A stretch of DNA of 30,561 bases from positions 1 to 30,561 of IMG/VR virus record IMGVR_UViG_3300007542_000105; one strand, given 5' to 3'. The DNA is from a virus (taxonomy: Duplodnaviria; Caudoviricetes). The notes beneath the pieces are model-generated. The model did not search any database and was not told the origin of the DNA. It was given only the letters and a program-made list of their open reading frames with translations. Positions 26,057-30,561 of this stretch are shown here, piece after piece; position 1 is the first letter of the stretch; each line of letters opens with the position of its first letter. Made by a program: the position numbers and the translations under genes.

Positions 26057-26296
26057 CTATACGTCTCCGCTATCGGCAAGTAGTTCCTCCCGCGCCAGGT
26101 TGTTCCACTGCTGCTTGGTCAAGGGCCATTCCATCCACAACTTGACCAGCGTCTCTCCATCATCCAGCACGACCGGCGGCAGGGTTAAGCCCTTACCTCG
26201 GGGCGTCAGTTCGCCGTCCTCGATGCCGTCCTGCACTGCGTTGACCACCTTGAGTACTAAGTCTCGCAGTTTGAGTTCCGCCTTAGTCGTTGCCAA
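26057..26296 (-). CDS. Hypothetical protein
   Basis: 79 aa, TTG start overlapping the nuclease gene end, GGAGGG upstream. Confidence 0.55.
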   Translation of the reverse strand: MATTKAELKLRDLVLKVVNAVQDGIEDGELTPRGKGLTLPPVVLDDGETLVKLWMEWPLTKQQWNNLAREELLADSGDV

Positions 26297-26624
26297 AATC
26301 TCGCACCCTCCATTTCTCCCGCGTCTCTTCAGGTATCTTTAGCATTTTCCAAACGTATTCCAACCACTTCTCTTCGGTCCCGTAGTTGTTCTCCCACGTC
26401 TTTATGCCGGCATGTACCGCTATGCCATAGCCTCCGGTCTGGTGGTGCTTCGGGCATAGCGGTATAGCGCGATAGTCTGCGGCGCGCTGGCCTGCTCCCT
26501 CTCCTGCTCGGACGTGGTGGATCTGCGCTGGCTTCAAGCATATACAACAGCCGAGCGCGGCCACGGCGTCGAGATACTCGGGGTCAACGATCCGCTTTTT
26601 CTGGCGCTTGGGCTTTAATTGCAC
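26283..26624 (-). CDS. Ref-like (RecA-dependent)/DUF968-type HNH nuclease
   Basis: YLDAVAALGCCIC..PAQIHH...G.GQRA...IPLCPKHH...AVHAG...WE..YGTE; GTG start with RBS GGGAGGGAG. Confidence 0.82.
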   Translation of the reverse strand: MQLKPKRQKKRIVDPEYLDAVAALGCCICLKPAQIHHVRAGEGAGQRAADYRAIPLCPKHHQTGGYGIAVHAGIKTWENNYGTEEKWLEYVWKMLKIPEETREKWRVRDFGND

Positions 26625-26748
26625 GCGCTCCCTCCCTTGCTGTCTCGGGTTGATACGCCAAATCTATGATAGGCCGGCAGACACAGCACGTACCCCACTG
26701 CTTACCCGGCTCGCCGACATATACCTTGCCACACCATGCGCAAATCAT
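26584..26748 (-). CDS. Small zinc-finger protein
   Basis: ATG 26748 after AAGGGAGG; CAWC...CCVC. Confidence 0.62.
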   Translation of the reverse strand: MICAWCGKVYVGEPGKQWGTCCVCRPIIDLAYQPETAREGARAIKAQAPEKADR

Positions 26749-26762
26749 GCTGCCTCCCTTCG

Positions 26763-27182
26763 TTAGTACGACCAAACGGCTGGCCGTGGAAACCGAGTGG
26801 ATATAGCAGGACTCATACAATCGAGGTGTAGGAAGCGAGACTCGAGCGGTCCCTGCTGGGAAATGCCGATCCCCGTAAAGCCCAACAACAGCGCCTCGCT
26901 CAGGACTACATACGCCTTATCCCCCGATACGGCAATGTCTACCGCCACCCCGTAAGTATGAGTGCCGCGAGCCGCCTTGGCAGCTTCTACCGAGTGATCG
27001 GGTGATCTATACCCACTCGTAACCTTCAGCGCAAACCCGCAGCCGCTTCTGAGCCGTTGCAGCTTATCCATAAACGATAGATCAATAAGACACTGGCCAG
27101 TTTCCCTGCACGCTAACTCAGCAAGGCTAAAGTTCGGCCAGCGTTCCCTATCCCACGTATCGGCGGTATATTCTTTTATCAT
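26763..27182 (-). CDS. Peptidase M15 family (D-Ala-D-Ala carboxypeptidase-like) endolysin candidate
   Basis: NFSLAELAC, VTSGYRS..H, GTH..G.AVDI, GFTGIG, FLHLD: the H-x6-D and terminal H zinc-ligand pattern. Confidence 0.88.
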   Translation of the reverse strand: MIKEYTADTWDRERWPNFSLAELACRETGQCLIDLSFMDKLQRLRSGCGFALKVTSGYRSPDHSVEAAKAARGTHTYGVAVDIAVSGDKAYVVLSEALLLGFTGIGISQQGPLESRFLHLDCMSPAISTRFPRPAVWSY

Positions 27183-27520
27183 CGTATGATCCCCTTCCGG
27201 CCCATGCCGGCGTCATGCCGAGCCTTGCGCTTCTTAAACTCGGCGCGCTGTTGAGCGTAGTCCTCCACGACCTCGGGCGCTACAAACGTCTCTGGGGGTA
27301 TATCGGGTTGGATCGGCGGGTATTCTCTCGCGTCGGCCGGCAGCTCTCTGGCTCGGGCCATGGCCCGGTAGGTCGCCGCTTCTATGGTGCCTATGTCCAG
27401 CACGCCTGTCACCCAATAGTTTAGGCCCAAGCTCAATATCGCGTCTAAGGTCTTGCCGTCCTGCGCGTCCCGTATGGCTTGGAACATGCGCGCGGCTACG
27501 TCATGGCTATTCGTTTCCAT
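27179..27520 (-). CDS. Hypothetical protein
   Basis: ATG 27520 (METNSH) after GGAGG, overlapping the MTase end; ATGA overlap with the peptidase. Confidence 0.65.
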   Translation of the reverse strand: METNSHDVAARMFQAIRDAQDGKTLDAILSLGLNYWVTGVLDIGTIEAATYRAMARARELPADAREYPPIQPDIPPETFVAPEVVEDYAQQRAEFKKRKARHDAGMGRKGIIR

Positions 27521-28910
27521 TAAATATTGCCTCCACCAGAGCAATGCGTTCACCTATCCAGCACATCACCGGCACTGCCATCGAGTTGCCTATAGCCTTA
27601 TACCTCGGTCCATCAGGGCAGTCCTCTGCCGCCTTCTTTCTCCACGGAATCTTCGTGTGGTCATCGGGCATCCCCTGAAGTCTCTCACACTCCCGTGGGG
27701 TCAATCGGCGCACTTGCATCTCAGGCACCGCAAGATGCGGTGCCTTGTCGCTCGCCCCATAGAATTGCGCTGAGAGTGCGCCTACCTTGTCTGTGTCTCC
27801 CTTCGCGCCTCCTTGCCCTCGCGTGTAATAGCGCGGCTCAAACGCCACGGCGTGAGGAGATGAGTCAAGCGTCGGACTCATCTCTGATTGTTCGCCCATG
27901 CTCCGCGTCTTCTCGCTGTTCTTCGGGATGAATCCGATGGCATGACCTCGATCTTGCGCGCCAAGAGGGAGCGCCGCTCCCTCGCTACTTACGGGTGTCT
28001 CTCGCGCATTTACGCAGATGAGATGTCCAGCCTGGACATCATCGTTAGCGATGCCATTATTACGCCCCTTACGTGCCGTGACTGTGCCAACTACTTCACC
28101 GCAGGGTAGGGCGACAATGCCGCCCTGCTGGCCCTTATTGCAGTTGAGTGTTCCCGCTTGCCCCTCGACCGTCTCCGCGTTGGCTTGATCGGAGCCGCGC
28201 CAGATGGTGAGCGTCTCGCTACCGCCACCTAAGTCTCCTCCGTCTCGCCGAAGGGTGCCGCACCCTTCGGCGTATTTTCCGAAGCTACTTGCTGTAAAGC
28301 CTGCGCTAACAGTGGGGGCAAGGTCTTCCCTCGCTTCTCGGCTCGGCGTAGGATGCCCCTGCAAGCTGTGGGACTCAAACAGTACCGCTGCGGCACCTCG
28401 TTGCTCGACTCCAAGATGTCCGATAAGAAAGACACGCCGGCGTCTTTGTGGAACTCCGAAGTTTTGAGCGTCCAAGACTCTCCACGCGAGATTATACCCG
28501 AGTTCTGCCATCGCCCCGACGATGCTACCAAAGTCCCGTCCTTTGCTACTTGACAGGACTCCAGGGACATTTTCCCAGACAACCCACTGGGGCGAGAGTC
28601 GGTCAGCAAGGCAGCAAAACTCAAGGGCGAGGTTGCCACGCTCATCGTCCAAGCCTCCTCGGAGTCCAGCAACGCTGAAGGATTGGCAAGGGGTTCCTCC
28701 CACAAGAACGTCAATTGCTCCAGCTCTTTGGGCTTTTTCCGCGAAGTCGGCACTCGTCATATCTCCTAAGTTGGGTACATTCGGGTATCGATGGGCTAAT
28801 ACAGCGGCAGGGAATTTCTCAAACTCAGCGAAGAACACAGGCTCCCAACCAAGCGGCTCCCATGCGAGGGATGCGGCCTCTACGCCAGAGCAAACGCTTC
28901 CGTATCGCAT
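27507..28910 (-). CDS. DNA (cytosine-5) methyltransferase, orphan; alpha polypeptide
   Basis: Start ATG 28910. Motif I SVCSGVEA, IV GGTPCQSFS, VI WENVPG, VIII FGVPQRRRRVF, IX RRLTPRECERLQG, X AIGNSMAVPV. Confidence 0.95.
   Translation of the reverse strand: MRYGSVCSGVEAASLAWEPLGWEPVFFAEFEKFPAAVLAHRYPNVPNLGDMTSADFAEKAQRAGAIDVLVGGTPCQSFSVAGLRGGLDDERGNLALEFCCLADRLSPQWVVWENVPGVLSSSKGRDFGSIVGAMAELGYNLAWRVLDAQNFGVPQRRRRVFLIGHLGVEQRGAAAVLFESHSLQGHPTPSREAREDLAPTVSAGFTASSFGKYAEGCGTLRRDGGDLGGGSETLTIWRGSDQANAETVEGQAGTLNCNKGQQGGIVALPCGEVVGTVTARKGRNNGIANDDVQAGHLICVNARETPVSSEGAALPLGAQDRGHAIGFIPKNSEKTRSMGEQSEMSPTLDSSPHAVAFEPRYYTRGQGGAKGDTDKVGALSAQFYGASDKAPHLAVPEMQVRRLTPRECERLQGMPDDHTKIPWRKKAAEDCPDGPRYKAIGNSMAVPVMCWIGERIALVEAIFNGNE
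28229..28753 (-). CDS. Nested alternative-frame gene inside the MTase (EcoHK31I beta-polypeptide-like)
   Basis: 174-aa same-strand ORF in another frame; GTG start 9 nt after AGGAG; LSDILE...VPQRYCLSPTACRGILRRAEKRGKTLP..L..AL. Confidence 0.72.
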   Translation of the reverse strand: MPTSRKKPKELEQLTFLWEEPLANPSALLDSEEAWTMSVATSPLSFAALLTDSRPSGLSGKMSLESCQVAKDGTLVASSGRWQNSGIISRGESWTLKTSEFHKDAGVSFLSDILESSNEVPQRYCLSPTACRGILRRAEKRGKTLPPLLAQALQQVASENTPKGAAPFGETEET

Positions 28911-29017
28911 TATTGGTTGCTCCCGAAGAGTAGGACAGGCAGGATATGATACGCGAGTATAGCCACCGCCGCTACGGCCAACCATGCGATGCCCTCTACA
29001 ACTTCGTCTTTACGCAT
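28910..29017 (-). CDS. 35-aa single-TM peptide MRKDEVVEGIAWLAVAAVAILAYHILPVLLFGSNQ
   Basis: Not in the ORF track. Strong RBS GGAGGA; its TAA overlaps the MTase ATG (TAATG). Confidence 0.75.
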   Translation of the reverse strand: MRKDEVVEGIAWLAVAAVAILAYHILPVLLFGSNQ

Positions 29018-29034
29018 TGTGCTATCCTCCGGTA

Positions 29035-29134
29035 ATGCAGAGGACGGGTTATGGGCGTCTTGCAAAGACAATCAACTACCCTTAGTTGTTTCCCCATACT
29101 CCGCTTTGGAGTAAAACCCGTCCTCTGGCTGTAT
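29035..29134. ncRNA. Candidate multibranch structured RNA (5' leader and/or antisense RNA)
   Basis: 13-bp perfect closing stem 29038-29050/29115-29127 enclosing three hairpins and a further TATGGG/CCCATA helix. Confidence 0.65.
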
Positions 29135-29145
29135 CAACTACCGTA

Positions 29146-29174
29146 AAGATAGTGCAATCTTTTGCCCATGTCAA
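29146..29174 (-). promoter_or_regulatory. Sigma70-type promoter with operator-like spacer
   Basis: TTGACA-17 bp (TGGGCAAAAGATTGCAC)-TATCTT. Confidence 0.8.
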
Positions 29175-29182
29175 GCGCAATA

Positions 29183-29335
29183 TTAATGGTGGCCGTAGCG
29201 CGCTTCCAGCATGAAATTATTAGCATAGATCACAACCCATACCGCCAATGTTGCCTCCCAACCCACCAAAGTATATAGCCAATAGACGCCCCCTAAACCC
29301 AAGATTGCGCTTGCCCTGTTCAGCCACTTAGCCAT
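29183..29335 (-). CDS. Small membrane protein (50 aa)
   Basis: ATG 29335 after GAGGGA; hydrophobic AILGLGGVYWLYTLVGWEATLAVWVVIY. Confidence 0.62.
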   Translation of the reverse strand: MAKWLNRASAILGLGGVYWLYTLVGWEATLAVWVVIYANNFMLEARYGHH

Positions 29336-29348
29336 GTCGTTCCCTCGC

Positions 29349-29666
29349 TTAGTTAAAGTTATGCTCAAAGTTCTGCGCCTCGATCCGCGCCTTGGCCTTG
29401 CCTATGCCTTCCAGCCCGAGTAGGTGCGAGTCGGTGGGGAAAAAGTAGCACCAGGTCTCTTTGGCCGGGATATAGTAGAATAGCGCCAGGGCTCGCTTGC
29501 CCGACGATTTGAGGTACGTCACAAGGGCTATATACTCGGAGGTAGGGCGCACGCTTTCTACGGTGAAGGTTTCCGCGCCTTGGTTGCGGCTGCGGTCGGG
29601 ATTGCTGTAGTGGGTCGCTACCTCTTGCGCCTTGTCCCATAGCTTGAGTGCTACCTGCTTGTTCAA
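29349..29666 (-). CDS. Hypothetical protein
   Basis: 105 aa, TTG start with strong RBS AAAGGAG; globular-looking (KSSGKRALALFYY, W.YFFPTDSH). Confidence 0.72.
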   Translation of the reverse strand: MNKQVALKLWDKAQEVATHYSNPDRSRNQGAETFTVESVRPTSEYIALVTYLKSSGKRALALFYYIPAKETWCYFFPTDSHLLGLEGIGKAKARIEAQNFEHNFN

Positions 29667-29775
29667 CCTATACTCCTTTCAATACCAACCTTGCTCTGTA
29701 TTGGGGCCGAGCTTCGGCGCTTCGGTCTATTCGTACTCTTGAGCGTACCTTGTACAGTAGTTCGGTAATGTACTT

Positions 29776-29804
29776 ATTATATAGGTCGCGTTTTTCATTG
29801 TATA
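29776..29804 (-). promoter_or_regulatory. Putative sigma70-type promoter
   Basis: TATACA-17 bp-TATAAT, just downstream of the palindrome cluster. Confidence 0.55.
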
Positions 29805-29824
29805 ACCCAATGCCCATATCCAGA

Positions 29825-29958
29825 TCGGGAAAGTAGATAAATAATCGAACTCACAGGTAAAATGCAGGGTGACAATAATATTGTCAGTCGGTAACGTTTA
29901 TTGTCAGTTTCACCATATTAAGTGACAATAATATTGTCACTTTCGGGAAAGTAGATAA
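29825..29958. repeat. AT-rich cluster of palindromes bracketed by 16-bp direct repeats (operator array or origin)
   Basis: TCGGGAAAGTAGATAA at 29825-29840 and 29943-29958; TGACAATA-A-TATTGTCA at 29870-29886 and within 29920-29942; half-site at 29899-29906. Confidence 0.85.
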
Positions 29959-29977
29959 CTATTTAGAGACATGCGTG

Positions 29978-30232
29978 TCACGCTCTTTTTATCTTTCGCT
30001 TGTATGTTGGGGGCGATTTATAGCCATCATCGCCGGGGTTGAGCATACGGATCTCTTCGGCAACAGTGGGGTAATAAACTGGATCGGGGGTGAGCGCGGG
30101 GCCAGCCTGGTGCGCAGAAACAAACTTTATATACTTGCCGCACTTGCCGCAACTGGCCTTTATGTGGGGGCCAGATTTAGTTAGAGTCGGCTCGCTCCGC
30201 TGGTTGCATCGCTTACACTTCAGTTTCTTCAT
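29978..30232 (-). CDS. Zinc-finger protein
   Basis: CKRC...SGPHIKASCGKCGKYIKFV; start probably ATG 30232, overlapping the HTH gene end. Confidence 0.72.
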   Translation of the reverse strand: MKKLKCKRCNQRSEPTLTKSGPHIKASCGKCGKYIKFVSAHQAGPALTPDPVYYPTVAEEIRMLNPGDDGYKSPPTYKRKIKRA

Positions 30233-30458
30233 AACGCACAAGATCCCCCGGCTGGCACTTGAGCACGCGGCACAGCTTGGCGATAGTGTAAGTGGTCGGT
30301 GAGCACTGGCCGGTGCGTATGCGCCTAAACTCTTGGCGCTGCATACCGGCAGCCTCGGCTAACGCGGTCTTGGACCGATACCCGGCAAGCTCTTGCAGGC
30401 GCGCCAGTTCGGGCCAATTCCATGTTAGATCGTCGCGTTTTATATTAGAAGTAGTCAT
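30213..30458 (-). CDS. XRE/Cro-CI family HTH regulator
   Basis: SKTALAEAAGMQRQEFRRIRTGQCSPTTYTIAKLCRVLKCQPGDLV; 81 aa with no peptidase domain. Confidence 0.9.
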   Translation of the reverse strand: MTTSNIKRDDLTWNWPELARLQELAGYRSKTALAEAAGMQRQEFRRIRTGQCSPTTYTIAKLCRVLKCQPGDLVRYEETEV

Positions 30459-30464
30459 ACAGTA

Positions 30465-30493
30465 AATATATAAGCGATTCGCACAAAGGGCAA
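30465..30493 (-). promoter_or_regulatory. Leftward promoter, probably giving a leaderless HTH mRNA
   Basis: TTGCCC-17 bp-TATATT, then 6 nt, then ATG; no RBS. Confidence 0.62.
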
Positions 30494-30523
30494 TATTTTA
30501 TTGGCTATCGTGCAAAATACCTC

Positions 30524-30552
30524 TTGACATGGGCAGAATAATGCACGATATT
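30524..30552 (+). promoter_or_regulatory. Rightward sigma70-type promoter with operator-like spacer
   Basis: TTGACA-17 bp (TGGGCAGAATAATGCAC)-GATATT; near copy of the 29146-29174 promoter. Confidence 0.75.
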
Positions 30553-30561
30553 TAAAGCAAG

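Larger units (their letters stand above)
1..30561. mobile_element. Tailed dsDNA bacteriophage/prophage segment, podovirus-like, probably incomplete
   Basis: Co-linear terS-terL-portal-scaffold-capsid-adaptor-tail stabilisation-ejection proteins-tail fibre order. No tape measure or sheath, no host housekeeping genes, many TAATG/ATGA gene overlaps. Confidence 0.96.

Noticed and set aside
26283-28910. Restriction-modification pair (MTase plus HNH nuclease)
   Set aside because: The nuclease fits the Ref/DUF968 phage type and is separated from the MTase by three genes; an orphan MTase is more likely.
28911-28985. 25-aa N-terminal extension of the MTase given in the ORF track
   Set aside because: Motif I begins right after ATG 28910, which is TAATG-coupled to the upstream peptide.
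29035-29134. tRNA, hammerhead ribozyme or c-di-GMP riboswitch identity for the cloverleaf
   Set aside because: No T-loop GTTC or D-loop signature, no CUGAUGA core, no GEMM consensus on either strand.
29668-29817. 49-aa minus-strand ORF MGIGLYNEKRDLY...
   Set aside because: No RBS and it spans a good promoter (29776-29804); more likely non-coding.
29825-29958. Mini CRISPR array
   Set aside because: Only two 16-bp direct repeats and two palindromes, irregular spacing, no cas genes.
1-30561. Complete circular genome, with the end promoter driving the gene at position 7
   Set aside because: Orientation is compatible, but there is no terminal overlap, no RBS across the join and no replication or integration genes; cannot be supported.

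Overview
The whole window is tailed dsDNA phage (or prophage) DNA with podovirus-like organisation and sigma70-type promoters. A short rightward block of small accessory genes (7-2578) converges on a long leftward block. Read from the right end, that block contains: an XRE-HTH regulator at a divergent-promoter switch; an AT-rich palindrome/direct-repeat cluster; a promoter followed by a multibranch structured RNA, a 35-aa membrane peptide and a C5 DNA methyltransferase with a nested alternative-frame gene; an M15 peptidase; a Ref-like HNH nuclease; then terS, terL, portal, a tandem ART-like effector, a beta-rich protein, an FmdB-like zinc ribbon, scaffold, major capsid, cement, adaptor, tail stabilisation protein, three putative ejection proteins, an S74-chaperoned tail fibre and holin-like membrane proteins. 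No integrase, replication genes, tape measure, tRNA or CRISPR array were recognised, so the window is probably a partial genome. Most interesting: (1) the 28.9-29.2 kb promoter/structured RNA/membrane peptide cassette with a possible convergent antisense promoter; (2) the dual-coding, EcoHK31I-like methyltransferase; (3) the two-ART-domain protein next to the portal; (4) shared operator and translation-initiation motifs. All product calls come from motif recognition by eye, not database searches.
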